A stretch of DNA of 64,000 nt from a virus (Duplodnaviria; Caudoviricetes). The notes under the pieces were generated by a model. The model worked only from the letters and a program-made list of their open reading frames with translations. It was not told the origin of the DNA and did not search any database. Made by a program: the position numbers and the translations under genes. The stretch is from IMG/VR virus record IMGVR_UViG_3300028832_000096, one strand, 5' to 3'. Each line of letters starts with the position of its first letter. The first letter of the stretch is position 1. This document shows positions 1-9,770 of this stretch, piece by piece.

Positions 1-2179
1 CGATAACGCCTGCGGTCCTGATAACAATCTTACCGATGACGGAGTTAGCATTGACGGAATCAAGTCCGTTGATGTCAGCTGCCATCGTGACATAGTAACC
101 AGGGTCGTCAAGGTCTGTTCTACCAGGTACGTCTGCACCCTTAACAAGTGCACCGAGGTTAGACATTGAGTCAAGAATCGGTGTAACACCTGCGTAGAAT
201 CTATCATAAGCATTTGCGTTGCTATACTGATATGTGATTCCGATACCTACTCTATAAACTACATCCTGAATTGCGTTGAAGATATATCTTGTAGAGAGGT
301 TTGCAAGAGCCTGATATGTTGCAGGAGGTACTTCAAATAATGTTGAGTTGCCCCAGATACCTGCACCTACTTCAGGGAGGTTTGTAATGACGTTAAGTCT
401 GCAACCTTCTCTTGACTGCCACTTGTCTAAGAGGTCTTCAGGAATTGTGTAATCAAGCTTGCCGAGGTTGAAATTGGTCTTTCTAATTGTAGGAAGTGCC
501 CACTCATACTGATTAGCCTGATTGAGAATCATTGACCTTGTAATCATAAGTGCAAGGAACGAAGGCGTAGCAGGTGCCGGTCTAGATGTTCCAACGTATG
601 TATACTGACCCCAAGGAGCAAAGAGTGCAGAAGACGATGTGAAGAGACCTGTCTGACTTGCTAAATCATCCGAAGGTGTATATCTGCAAAGCTTCTGTAC
701 GTAACCTTCCTTTGTAGAATCTGAAGAATCAATCCAAACACCATCACGAGCTAAGCTCTTCGGAATGTCGAGAAGTGCTGTTGCGCATCTGCTGTTGTAA
801 GCAACGTCCATCAGCTTAATGTGCATAGGTGAAAGATTGCCGAAACGCTGCTTAGGTTCTGTATCACCGAACTCGTAGAAGTTCTGGTCGTCCCAAGGAG
901 AAATAACTCTGTTAGGATTATAAGTAAGCTTGTCCTTGAGCAGGTCTAATACCTTTGTAGCATAGCTGAATGTCCACTCTCTGAATCTAAGGGCATAAGC
1001 TACGTTCTTGTCCTTAAGGTTAGTCTTAAGGTAGTTGAATGCTGTAATATAATCGATGTTAGCTAAAGCAGTATCTAACAATGCGTATCTAATCTTAGCA
1101 TAATCCTGAGCTGCAGTAACGATATCAGCAATTTCATCTTCATCGTTCTGAGCTGCTGTATCTGAACCGCCTCCAAGCTGAATTGTAGGAACAACCGATG
1201 TTTCTGTGCCAACAAGTGTACTTTCCTCGTTAAGTCCCTTGAAGTTTGTGAATACGATGTAGTTAGACTCAACCTCACTTATATGAAGGATGTTATCTGT
1301 AGCATTATCTACATCAAATACAAATGTGAGATTCTCAAGAGATGTTCTTACCTTAGAAGCATCTACTGCATAAACAATAGCGTTCCAATATGTAGTACCT
1401 GCAGACTCAATCTTCTTAAGTGTTACTACAAGATTGTTACCGAATGTACCGGGATACTTTGCCTGGATATCAAGAGTATCTCCGCCGATGTTTACCTTTT
1501 CGTAATAGGTGTCTGCTACAAATGTAGGAGCAACTGTCTCTGTACCATCTTTTACATAATATTTAGTATAATTGGTTGCCCAATCGTCAGGCGCTTCACT
1601 CAGGAGCACATATTCATTATCTTCAAGTTCGTAATAGGTATCTACTGCAAATGTAGGAGCAGTTTCTCCTGTAACATGTACATACTTATCCTGAACTACA
1701 CCCTGTACTGCTACATAATCATCGCCGCTCTTTGTATAGTAACTTGCGTAATTATCTGCCCAATCATCAGGCGCAGAAGTTAATAAGTTGTACTCAAAAG
1801 AATCAGCTTCTGTAAACTGACCTAAAGCAGTTGCACCAGGGCAGAGTCTGCAAACAAGTACATCATATCCATTTGAAATGAGCGAAAGAGCTACCTGATA
1901 GGAATAATCCTTTGCTCTTCTGTAGTTGGAAGCAGGTCCTCTGAATGTTGCTACAAAAGACTGCAAACCGGTCTGTGTTGAGTTGAACCTTGTCCATACA
2001 GTGTCTTCGAGTTCCAGCTTCAGTTTTTCCTCGTCGGTATAATCACCAGGAATATTACTCGGGTCTTCAAATGCGGGGCCCCAGCAAGCGGTGATAGGCA
2101 AGGCTACTGTGCAGTAGCTGGAATTGGTAACATTAATCGAATAGTTGTTGGAGATAGGATTAACTGTTATCTTTGCCAT
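1..2179 (-). CDS. Contractile tail sheath protein (3' end runs off the window; absent from ORF track)
   Basis: ATG at 2179 after GGAGG. Hand translation gives an open frame MAKITVNPISNNYSINV...PITACWGP...AKYPGTFGNNL...FAPWGQY...GIWGNSTL...LSTRYIFNAI, matching sheath-type motifs (WGP, AKYPG.xGN, IWGNxTL). Confidence 0.85.
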   Translation of the reverse strand, partial: MAKITVNPISNNYSINVTNSSYCTVALPITACWGPAFEDPSNIPGDYTDEEKLKLELEDTVWTRFNSTQTGLQSFVATFRGPASNYRRAKDYSYQVALSLISNGYDVLVCRLCPGATALGQFTEADSFEYNLLTSAPDDWADNYASYYTKSGDDYVAVQGVVQDKYVHVTGETAPTFAVDTYYELEDNEYVLLSEAPDDWATNYTKYYVKDGTETVAPTFVADTYYEKVNIGGDTLDIQAKYPGTFGNNLVVTLKKIESAGTTYWNAIVYAVDASKVRTSLENLTFVFDVDNATDNILHISEVESNYIVFTNFKGLNEESTLVGTETSVVPTIQLGGGSDTAAQNDEDEIADIVTAAQDYAKIRYALLDTALANIDYITAFNYLKTNLKDKNVAYALRFREWTFSYATKVLDLLKDKLTYNPNRVISPWDDQNFYEFGDTEPKQRFGNLSPMHIKLMDVAYNSRCATALLDIPKSLARDGVWIDSSDSTKEGYVQKLCRYTPSDDLASQTGLFTSSSALFAPWGQYTYVGTSRPAPATPSFLALMITRSMILNQANQYEWALPTIRKTNFNLGKLDYTIPEDLLDKWQSREGCRLNVITNLPEVGAGIWGNSTLFEVPPATYQALANLSTRYIFNAIQDVVYRVGIGITYQYSNANAYDRFYAGVTPILDSMSNLGALVKGADVPGRTDLDDPGYYVTMAADINGLDSVNANSVIGKIVIRTAGVI
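1495..1800 (-). repeat. Two-copy internal peptide repeat in the sheath
   Basis: EYNLLTSAPDDWADNYASYYTK...APTFAVDTYYE followed by EYVLLSEAPDDWATNYTKYYVK...APTFVADTYYE. Confidence 0.75.
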
Positions 2180-2196
2180 GTGTCTTCCTCCTAAAA

Positions 2197-2448
2197 TTAT
2201 TGCTGTTTTGGTTTTCTATTATATTGTCTTTTCTGCGGTTTCTCTTGTGCATTTGATTCTGTTGCCTTAGGCTTCTCTTCCTTAGGTAAAGTAATTGTTG
2301 CTTTAGGAGCAGACGCAGCAGGAACTTCTTTTACTCTAATCATCTTAACATGATTAATGTAACCAGGAACTTCCTTAATATCATTCGGGTTGAATGTTAC
2401 ACCGTAGAAAATCAATGGTTGAGTTGAAACATTTTTATATTTAAGCAT
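2197..2448 (-). CDS. Small protein leading the sheath operon
   Basis: 83 aa, GAGG RBS, AACCTT motif upstream, basic low-complexity C-terminus. Confidence 0.7.
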   Translation of the reverse strand: MLKYKNVSTQPLIFYGVTFNPNDIKEVPGYINHVKMIRVKEVPAASAPKATITLPKEEKPKATESNAQEKPQKRQYNRKPKQQ

Positions 2449-2470
2449 AAAAAGTACCTCTATTTTAAAT

Positions 2471-2476
2471 AAGGTT
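2471..2476 (-). promoter_or_regulatory. AACCTT motif (putative late promoter)
   Basis: AACCTTATTTAAAAT about 25 nt upstream of the sheath operon. Confidence 0.55.
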
Positions 2477-2487
2477 AAAGATTGTAC

Positions 2488-3420
2488 TTACTCTGGATAT
2501 GTTTCTTGAGTAAGCTCTTCTGTTGTCATATACTGAATAGGTTTAACTATAGAGAAGTAAATTTTCTTTAACCTATATGTATAACGCAATGCTCTAGTTA
2601 CCTGAGTTTCAGAGAAATTATCTTCACTGCCCTCTCTATCGCGGCATGATAACCAATTAAATGTGTAGAATTTATCTGTTTGAGATTCTACTTTTATCCA
2701 GCCAGTGCCATCTACACCTTTTGCGTTAGAATAATCACTCCATCTGTCGTAAGATTCTTCTCTGTGAATCTTTACTTTAATCCAAGTGTCTTTGCCAATT
2801 ATTCTAGTAACATCGTAGTTATCAATTTTTTCATCCCAAGAACGTGTATCCATGTAACCAGGATTAGGTGTAGTCATGTAATCTTCTTCTTTAGGTACTT
2901 CATTGTTAACTTTGCGAAGCAATGTATCCCAGTCGATAACCTCTATCTTACTGAATAACTCATAAGTAGCTTTCATAACCTCAAAGTCATCAGCTTCAAG
3001 TAATTCAGTTCTAATCTGAGGTTCCTTGCGAAGACTCAATGTCTCTGTATTATAATCGAAATATAAATAGATATAGTAAGTCCAATAAAATCCTCTAAAA
3101 TCATTACTATAGCTCTTAGCGTTACGATACCTTGTAGGGTTATCTGCTTTTGGAGAACGATAACTCATATAGATAAAATAAGTGTTTCCACGACTAGTAT
3201 ATGAATCATGCTTTACTTCAAATACTGCACCTGGAAGTTTTGCTAAATCGTATGCAACAAGTGATTTAAGCTCTTCAGCTACTTTGTTGATATAATTATC
3301 GGAATCTTCCTTGAATTTTGCCTTTTCAGATTCCCAGGCAGTTTTCTGCTCATTGTACTTCCGTACATAAGCATCTTTTTCACGAAGTAATCTTGTTCTT
3401 TCAGAAGCTCTAATAATCAT
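2488..3420 (-). CDS. Hypothetical protein with leader variant MIIRAS
   Basis: Start moved to ATG 3420 (GAGGG RBS, directly after upstream stop); N-terminal coiled coil. Confidence 0.7.
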   Translation of the reverse strand: MIIRASERTRLLREKDAYVRKYNEQKTAWESEKAKFKEDSDNYINKVAEELKSLVAYDLAKLPGAVFEVKHDSYTSRGNTYFIYMSYRSPKADNPTRYRNAKSYSNDFRGFYWTYYIYLYFDYNTETLSLRKEPQIRTELLEADDFEVMKATYELFSKIEVIDWDTLLRKVNNEVPKEEDYMTTPNPGYMDTRSWDEKIDNYDVTRIIGKDTWIKVKIHREESYDRWSDYSNAKGVDGTGWIKVESQTDKFYTFNWLSCRDREGSEDNFSETQVTRALRYTYRLKKIYFSIVKPIQYMTTEELTQETYPE

Positions 3421-3421
3421 A

Positions 3422-3688
3422 TCAAATACCCTCGTAATCAAAGATTTGAGTGATATCGTCATCAGAATAACCTAAATCGGAAAGTCGACGATATATGTAT
3501 GCTTTAGCATCATCCTTGTTCGGAAATAGTGCAATAGCTTCATCTTTTATAGAGTCAATTTTCTCTAATTCATCAGGATTGAAACTACAAGTAATGTCAG
3601 TGGCACTTGTAATTTCCTCATCAGACTTGAATTGGCTCATCCTTAATTTAAGTGCTGCTAAGAAATCAGATACATTATCATATATCAT
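3422..3688 (-). CDS. Hypothetical acidic protein
   Basis: 88 aa, tightly packed; internal ITSA/ITCS motifs. Confidence 0.65.
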   Translation of the reverse strand: MIYDNVSDFLAALKLRMSQFKSDEEITSATDITCSFNPDELEKIDSIKDEAIALFPNKDDAKAYIYRRLSDLGYSDDDITQIFDYEGI

Positions 3689-3689
3689 A

Positions 3690-5345
3690 TTATTCTACCT
3701 CGTATTCTTTACCTTCAGTAGTCTTTATCTTTACATAACCTTTGTTCTTCTTTATCAACTGAGGGCACTTCTTTTCATCGCAGATAAGTGTGCCTATGTT
3801 ATAGAACTCATAAGGTTCATCATCTTTTTCCCACTTGATGGTAATATTAGGACAATCATCAAATACAGATTCACCTAATGTTGTTTTAGGATAGATAGTT
3901 ACTGTACCTGCATAATCATTATCAGCAAATGAGTAGTTACCTAAATGAGCTCCGTTAGGATTAATGTCGATTGATTTTAAGAACTTGCAATTTCTAAATG
4001 CGTTACTACCAATTTGAACTGCGCTTCTTAAATCAATAGTTTCTAACTTAGAACCAGAGAAAGCACCGGCACCAATAACTGTTGCATTGTTTAAATCAAA
4101 ATTAGTGAAGAATGTTCCTTGGAATGCGTGTTTAGGAATCTTAGTAACGCCACCAGGAATCTTAATAGCTTTACCATCTTCACCTACACCGGCACCGTTA
4201 AATATCTTTACGCCGATACGAGTTACGCTATCAGGTAACTGTTCCTCTAATGAAGCGCAATCTTCAAAACATCCTTCAAGTACATTCTTGAGATTTGAAC
4301 TGTGCTTGATGTGCTTAAGGTTTTCGCAACTAGCGAATGCATATTCTGAATAAGTAACGACGCTATCAGGAATTTCAATAGACTCTAAAGAAGTGCAGTT
4401 CCAAAAAGCCCTTCTAGGAATTGATGTGATTGTATTAGGAAGCTTGACAGATTTCAAATTAATGCAGTTATAGAATATCTCATTGCGCAATTTTGTAAGG
4501 CTGTCAGGAAGTACAATCTTTTCAACAGATTGAGGGAATTTTGCTTCAGGCAAAGCAGTCATTTCATCAGGAACTATAATTTCTGTAGCATCATCTGCAA
4601 AGCCCAAAACAGTCGATGCTCTATACTGAATTCCGTTTTCAGTCTTAAGCTCAAAGAACTTAGAAATAGCAGGATGTTCTTCGCAGAACTTATAAAAAGC
4701 ATCCATGCCCTGAGAGTCATCATGTATGTCGTACCAAGAGTTACTCTCAAAATGTAATTGATACTTCTCGTTATAATCAGAAGTATTGATAAAGACATAG
4801 AGAGGGCCCTTGCGGGTGTAACTATTATAGTAATAAGGGTCACCTTCGTATGCTGTGCACCAAGTGGCCTTTGTTCCACCTACACGAGCAAGTGAAACAG
4901 AACCAGGATAAGTAAGAGGAGTCCAAACTTCCCAAGGGCCGTCCTCAACTAAGAATTTTTTATCAACGTCACTTGCATGATGTGCTTGTTTCTTAAGCAG
5001 CTTAGCTTTTTCTTTTTCAGTAAGTTCTCTGTTACCTACTGCTTCAGTATCTGTTAAGAACTCATCTACTGTTTTATATTGGTTAAGGTCATTCTTAGGA
5101 TATATCTTGTAATTCTGCAAGAAATAACCTAATGCATCTTTTACATTAGTATACTGTTCCTTAGTAAGATTGCCTTTCTTAATTTGTCGAAATAACCAAG
5201 GACAATATTTACCTCCCTTGCCTGCTTCAAAATTAGCAGAAGGGTCTAATTCAACAACTTCCTGAAATTCAGAATCTTCTAAATCCGGAGCATCTTGCTC
5301 TTTGAGTTGTTGCAGTGTCTTTGCGGCTCTGATGTAAAATTTCAT
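3690..5345 (-). CDS. BspA-type leucine-rich repeat protein with N-terminal WCTA/PLY (PcfJ-like) domain and MKFYIRAA leader
   Basis: Repeats such as LKSVKLPNTITSIPRRAFWNCTSLESIEIPDSV; TWCTA...GPLYVFI...KYQLHF in the N-half. Confidence 0.8.
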   Translation of the reverse strand: MKFYIRAAKTLQQLKEQDAPDLEDSEFQEVVELDPSANFEAGKGGKYCPWLFRQIKKGNLTKEQYTNVKDALGYFLQNYKIYPKNDLNQYKTVDEFLTDTEAVGNRELTEKEKAKLLKKQAHHASDVDKKFLVEDGPWEVWTPLTYPGSVSLARVGGTKATWCTAYEGDPYYYNSYTRKGPLYVFINTSDYNEKYQLHFESNSWYDIHDDSQGMDAFYKFCEEHPAISKFFELKTENGIQYRASTVLGFADDATEIIVPDEMTALPEAKFPQSVEKIVLPDSLTKLRNEIFYNCINLKSVKLPNTITSIPRRAFWNCTSLESIEIPDSVVTYSEYAFASCENLKHIKHSSNLKNVLEGCFEDCASLEEQLPDSVTRIGVKIFNGAGVGEDGKAIKIPGGVTKIPKHAFQGTFFTNFDLNNATVIGAGAFSGSKLETIDLRSAVQIGSNAFRNCKFLKSIDINPNGAHLGNYSFADNDYAGTVTIYPKTTLGESVFDDCPNITIKWEKDDEPYEFYNIGTLICDEKKCPQLIKKNKGYVKIKTTEGKEYEVE

Positions 5346-5647
5346 TATCTGTCACCTTCACTTAGTGTTGTTTGAATATGCCTAATCATCATCTCTGTAT
5401 CAATAGGATAGTTAAGCGTAGTATTTACCGCTTTTACTAAGTTATCGGATACATGGATTTTATACAATGATAAAAGGTTAGCGCGATTAAATCGCTCAAC
5501 AAATAGAATTACAACCCTATCTATCAACCGGTCTTTATTCTTATAGTCCTTAGATAGAATGGATTGTAAATCTAAAATTACTGAATCAAACTCGTCTAGA
5601 GTTTTATGTGAAAAATAAGTTAATGGCCAAGCGCTAACAGATGCCAT
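5345..5647 (-). CDS. Hypothetical protein
   Basis: 100 aa, GAGG RBS, operon packing. Confidence 0.6.
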   Translation of the reverse strand: MASVSAWPLTYFSHKTLDEFDSVILDLQSILSKDYKNKDRLIDRVVILFVERFNRANLLSLYKIHVSDNLVKAVNTTLNYPIDTEMMIRHIQTTLSEGDR

Positions 5648-5655
5648 ATTTCCTC

Positions 5656-6009
5656 TTAAACCATATTGTTGTCAACACAATAGTCCCAAATATCGGTTAC
5701 CTCATCATTTGAAAGCTGATAACCTTTATAGTCGAAATATGCTTTGATTTCATTGATAGAATATCCGTCCTTCGGATTGTTGTTGAAATATTCAACAAGT
5801 ACAGGAGCTAAATCATACAAATTGTCTGCTTCGTCCTCTTCAGGAAGTTCATAAGACGTTGCTATGAATTCATACAGGTCTTCCTTCTTATCATATCCAA
5901 GAGCCTTACTAAGAGCTTCAATAAATCCTTCAGGGCCAAGGAACTCAATCAACCTAGCTTCTAAATCATCGATGTACTGATGACGAGGATTTTCATATAC
6001 ATTATCCAT
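5656..6009 (-). CDS. Hypothetical acidic protein
   Basis: 117 aa, AAAGGAG RBS. Confidence 0.7.
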   Translation of the reverse strand: MDNVYENPRHQYIDDLEARLIEFLGPEGFIEALSKALGYDKKEDLYEFIATSYELPEEDEADNLYDLAPVLVEYFNNNPKDGYSINEIKAYFDYKGYQLSNDEVTDIWDYCVDNNMV

Positions 6010-6054
6010 AACAACAATTCTCCTTTATATATAAATATGATTCATTATTAATAC

Positions 6055-6060
6055 AAGGTT
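6055..6060 (-). promoter_or_regulatory. AACCTT motif
   Basis: AACCTTGTATT upstream of gene starting at 6009. Confidence 0.5.
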
Positions 6061-6553
6061 ATGATATCTGGTATTCTTCTGCACTGTTCATGCAAATGTC
6101 AACGAATGTTTCCAAATCTTCACCTATTGTATGTTCGCTAGGGTTGAAGTCTGCTATGTAGAGCTTATCAAATGCATTCCTTTGGCCAAAAGCAAACATT
6201 ACTGAATCAATTAATTCCTGTTCTGATGTATAATAACGAATGCCTTTAAGGTCACTCCAAGCATTTTCTATCCAACACCACTTATCGTCGTCTTTGTAAT
6301 ATACAAATGAATGCGTTTCTTGCCCTTGTCCAAACTTATCTACAGCAATTATGAATTTTGCTTTAACATCATAGCCTTGCTCTGACAATTCTATGAACTC
6401 CATTAGGGATTGGTCATGACAAGAACCCTGCACGTCGAGCAAGACCGCTATAGGTGGCATTAATTGACTGAATTCTACATATTCTACATCTTTTAAGAAT
6501 TCCATCAGTTGCTCAGGTGATTTAAACATACAATTACTCATTTCTGTTTTCAA
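6059..6553 (-). CDS. Transglutaminase/papain-like fold protein (putative Cys-His-Glu triad)
   Basis: GSCHDQ, THSFVYY, WCWIENAW motifs. Confidence 0.5.
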   Translation of the reverse strand: MKTEMSNCMFKSPEQLMEFLKDVEYVEFSQLMPPIAVLLDVQGSCHDQSLMEFIELSEQGYDVKAKFIIAVDKFGQGQETHSFVYYKDDDKWCWIENAWSDLKGIRYYTSEQELIDSVMFAFGQRNAFDKLYIADFNPSEHTIGEDLETFVDICMNSAEEYQIS

Positions 6554-7082
6554 AATCAGGCAGGTCGCCTGTATAATCTAAGATTTCTTTTCTACTTGGT
6601 ATCGTCTGAATTTCCCAATATGGAATGTCCCACTTATCTATTTTCTTGATATTGAGTGACTTTACTTTTAACTTAGATATAGCTTCGCCTTTATGTAGCA
6701 TTTGGTTCATAGTATTCAAAGGCATTTCAGGATTAATAAACTCCGCAATATCTTGTATGTTAAATATAAATGCCCGCTTGTAGGTAACATAAAGCACAAT
6801 TACAAGACCATAACTGCCTTTAATTTGAGATTTAAGTAAAAGTCCATCGCGTTGTGTATCCGACAGATTGTTAAACTCAAATCTATCTTCATAAGTGGCT
6901 TTGCTTTCTATGTGATAAAAATAAGGAAATCTGTAGCAATCAAAATCGCATATGTTTCTAGAAACAATAAAGCGGCCGGACATCTGGTCATAGATTCGAG
7001 TAAAATCGTATCCTAACTCAGGATTATCCAGCCAAGTACGTATTCGTTGTTCTGCTACTTTTCCGTGTTCTGTATCTGCCAT
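6534..7082 (-). CDS. RecU-like Holliday junction resolvase
   Basis: GKVAE, CDFDCY, IESKAT, LSDTQ.xGL pattern of the RecU PD-(D/E)XK family. Confidence 0.7.
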   Translation of the reverse strand: MADTEHGKVAEQRIRTWLDNPELGYDFTRIYDQMSGRFIVSRNICDFDCYRFPYFYHIESKATYEDRFEFNNLSDTQRDGLLLKSQIKGSYGLVIVLYVTYKRAFIFNIQDIAEFINPEMPLNTMNQMLHKGEAISKLKVKSLNIKKIDKWDIPYWEIQTIPSRKEILDYTGDLPDFENRNE

Positions 7083-7084
7083 TA

Positions 7085-7534
7085 TTATAGTAATCCGCTA
7101 TAATTAGTCATCTCATGAAACTCTTCATCTGAAAGATTCATACTTCTTGCCCATTTAGGTTTTCTTCCAGATTTAATATAATCAATATAATCAATATAAT
7201 CTAACATTGATTCATAGTCGCAATCACCGCTAGCAGTCCATGAATTATGACGATTGAAATCTTCCTTTACTTCAGGAGACAAAGATTGATACCATTTTTC
7301 AAATTCAGGCTGCTTGCTTAATCCCCATTGATACTTGGCTTCATATTCATCTACACAAGCTATAGCTTCTTCTAAAGTATCAAAGTCTTCTCCACAGCAC
7401 CACTGGTTGTCTCGGTCAAGGTAAAGTGCATCATAACGAGCACCCCAGGAAAAATTAACTTTCTCCACTTTACCCCTACCGCTAGCCGTAGTATAAACAA
7501 TTTCATCTCTACTAGCTTTTACATAAACTTTCAT
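7085..7534 (-). CDS. Hypothetical protein, MKVYVKAS leader
   Basis: 149 aa, GAGGAG RBS. Confidence 0.75.
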   Translation of the reverse strand: MKVYVKASRDEIVYTTASGRGKVEKVNFSWGARYDALYLDRDNQWCCGEDFDTLEEAIACVDEYEAKYQWGLSKQPEFEKWYQSLSPEVKEDFNRHNSWTASGDCDYESMLDYIDYIDYIKSGRKPKWARSMNLSDEEFHEMTNYSGLL

Positions 7535-7537
7535 AAT

Positions 7538-7849
7538 TTATCTCCTCTGAATTAATGCGTAACAAACAGATATGTTTCTACCAGCATCTTCCTGATAAGT
7601 TAATTCCAAATATTGATTCGGCTTATAATCATCTATAAACACAGGAACTCTCCATCCGTCAACGGGTCGCTTATTTTGCGCTTTCGCCTCGTTATATTTT
7701 TCTTTAAGCCAATCCGAACATTCGTCATAAGAACCCTGAAATTCGATATCCGAATTCCTTACGGGTTTCTTAGCAAGAAGATATCCCATTGAAGGGACTT
7801 TCACTATTGCATAAGCTCGTAAGGCAGACGCTCTGATATACCTCTTCAT
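7538..7849 (-). CDS. Hypothetical protein, MKRYIRAS leader
   Basis: Start moved to ATG 7849 (AAGGT RBS), which restores the shared leader. Confidence 0.7.
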   Translation of the reverse strand: MKRYIRASALRAYAIVKVPSMGYLLAKKPVRNSDIEFQGSYDECSDWLKEKYNEAKAQNKRPVDGWRVPVFIDDYKPNQYLELTYQEDAGRNISVCYALIQRR

Positions 7850-7943
7850 ATTACCTTGTCTCCTATAATAAATTCTTACTGCGTAATCAAAGGTCACATT
7901 CGAATTCTCTGTTATCCATCGCAATAATCTTTGTTGTGTTGCC

Positions 7944-8936
7944 TTAAACTGGTTTTACTAATGTACGAACGTGGAGTCGCTGGATATTATATCCTCCGGC
8001 AAGTATTGATTCTACTCTTGCTTTACCGTCATCTCCAACAACATAACCATTGAGAACAGCACCCATATTACCTTGAGTTACATGTAAACCTGACCAATCT
8101 CTTACAGGTCCTGTTATTTTTGTTACACGCTTAAGTAAATCGAGAATTAAGTGTTCACCGTCTCTCTGGTTCTGTGCATGAATTTGTTCATCAGTCATAT
8201 CCCACAAACTTCTTGCGTAATTAAGCGAACCAAACATTGCTTCAAAAGGTTCGATAATATATTCGGATTTAAATTTCTTTTCGCGAGTCAGTCCCCAACC
8301 ACTCTTAGGAAGGTCAGGATATAATTCTTCTAACTTAGCTTGTTCTACTTCCCATCTATTCCAACTATTAGCACCTTCATAAAGAATTTCATCAGCCCTT
8401 TGCTTAAGTTCTCTATAATAAGGTTTAGATTCATCGCGTATACGCTTATCATGTGCGTCCCATCTTGCAATGATATCATTCATGAATTCTTTAAGGCATT
8501 CTGGAATTCTATCTATCTCATCATTAGTAGACTTAATCTTATCTAACTTAGCATTGTAATTATCAATGACTTGCTTAATTTCTTTGATGCCTTGGTTAGA
8601 CGTATAGATAGATGCTGCATCGTCATCAATGCTGTAAAGCGCTTTACCATACTTGTCATCATAAGTGAAGTGATACTTATCAACAAGTCTCCAAGTATTG
8701 ACATCTATATCAGCAGGTACACGATACTTATCATGTTCCTTAACGTATTCAAGATAAGGTACAAGAGCATTGTAATCACTATCATCAATGTTACCTTTAA
8801 GCAATGCTAACTTCTTTGTAATGGCTTCTTCTTTCTTCTGAATCCAAGCCTTTTTCTTGTCGAGTTCAGCTTGCTTCTTAGCAATCTTCGCTTGCAAATC
8901 AGCGATATTTGTTACAGATTTAACGTAAACTTTCAT
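7944..8936 (-). CDS. Coiled-coil phage protein, MKVYVKS leader
   Basis: 330 aa; C-terminal LNGYVVGDDGKARVESILAGGYNIQRLHVR motif seen in phage hypotheticals. Confidence 0.75.
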   Translation of the reverse strand: MKVYVKSVTNIADLQAKIAKKQAELDKKKAWIQKKEEAITKKLALLKGNIDDSDYNALVPYLEYVKEHDKYRVPADIDVNTWRLVDKYHFTYDDKYGKALYSIDDDAASIYTSNQGIKEIKQVIDNYNAKLDKIKSTNDEIDRIPECLKEFMNDIIARWDAHDKRIRDESKPYYRELKQRADEILYEGANSWNRWEVEQAKLEELYPDLPKSGWGLTREKKFKSEYIIEPFEAMFGSLNYARSLWDMTDEQIHAQNQRDGEHLILDLLKRVTKITGPVRDWSGLHVTQGNMGAVLNGYVVGDDGKARVESILAGGYNIQRLHVRTLVKPV

Positions 8937-8969
8937 GAAGTAATGCTCCTTTTGATGTGATGCATTATA

Positions 8970-8977
8970 TAACGATT
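8970..8977 (-). promoter_or_regulatory. AATCGTTA motif (putative middle promoter)
   Basis: AATCGTTATATAAT intergenic, 34 nt upstream of start 8936. Confidence 0.6.
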
Positions 8978-8992
8978 ATGATTTAAAAATAC

Positions 8993-9313
8993 TTATGTCC
9001 AAGCAGCAGCATCATCAGCATGCACAATTTCTAATGCATTCATAATATCATCAAACAATTTATCTGCTTCTTCAACGGATAAATCGTCCCAATCTTCGGC
9101 TGCTTGACATTTATAATCTCTGATAACACTAGATACTCTTCCGCCTACAGGAGATTCTCCGTGGTAATCAAATTTACCATACTCCTTGTTAACTTCTCTT
9201 AAACAAGAACTAACTAAGTCGTATTTATCATGGTCAATAGTAGATAAGAATCTCTGTGCTTCTTTAATCTTGTCAAAATCAGGCCACTTGTTAGATTTAA
9301 TATACATTTTCAT
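8993..9313 (-). CDS. Hypothetical protein, MKMYIKS leader
   Basis: 106 aa, ATGA overlap with upstream gene. Confidence 0.75.
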   Translation of the reverse strand: MKMYIKSNKWPDFDKIKEAQRFLSTIDHDKYDLVSSCLREVNKEYGKFDYHGESPVGGRVSSVIRDYKCQAAEDWDDLSVEEADKLFDDIMNALEIVHADDAAAWT

Positions 9314-9756
9314 GATAATTGTCCCTCTAAATCGTTCATAATATATCTTTCAAAGATTTTGTAGAATTTAGTAAGGTCAGAATAACTGCTGATTATAACC
9401 TTATAAGTTCCCCACTGTGAATTGTTATAGTTTGTCGCTTCTCCGAACCCTTGCTTCTTACATTCTTCAAGTAAAGGATATGTATCTTCCTTATCACTTA
9501 TCTTAATTACGCAAGGATAACGGTCTCCAGAAGAACCAGAATATAAAGCTCTAGGCACTCTAGATGATGTATCTGTAACACCTACTAGTATACAAACATC
9601 AGCAAATGGTGTATTTTCTGCAAGACTGTATGAATAACGCTTAGAGCCTTCAAGAAACTCTTTTCTAGCTACATATCCATCAAATACAAATTCAACAGCT
9701 TTGCAAATATCTTCTTTAGAAGAAAATGAATTAGATGCTCTAATGTATCTTTTCAT
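9310..9756 (-). CDS. Hypothetical protein, MKRYIRAS leader
   Basis: 148 aa, GGAG RBS. Confidence 0.75.
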   Translation of the reverse strand: MKRYIRASNSFSSKEDICKAVEFVFDGYVARKEFLEGSKRYSYSLAENTPFADVCILVGVTDTSSRVPRALYSGSSGDRYPCVIKISDKEDTYPLLEECKKQGFGEATNYNNSQWGTYKVIISSYSDLTKFYKIFERYIMNDLEGQLS

Positions 9757-9770
9757 AAATCAAACTCCGA

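Noticed and set aside
1075-1783. ORF-track calls 1075-1278 (-) and 1283-1783 (+)
   Set aside because: They are shadow frames of the tail sheath gene, which the track missed because it runs off the window.
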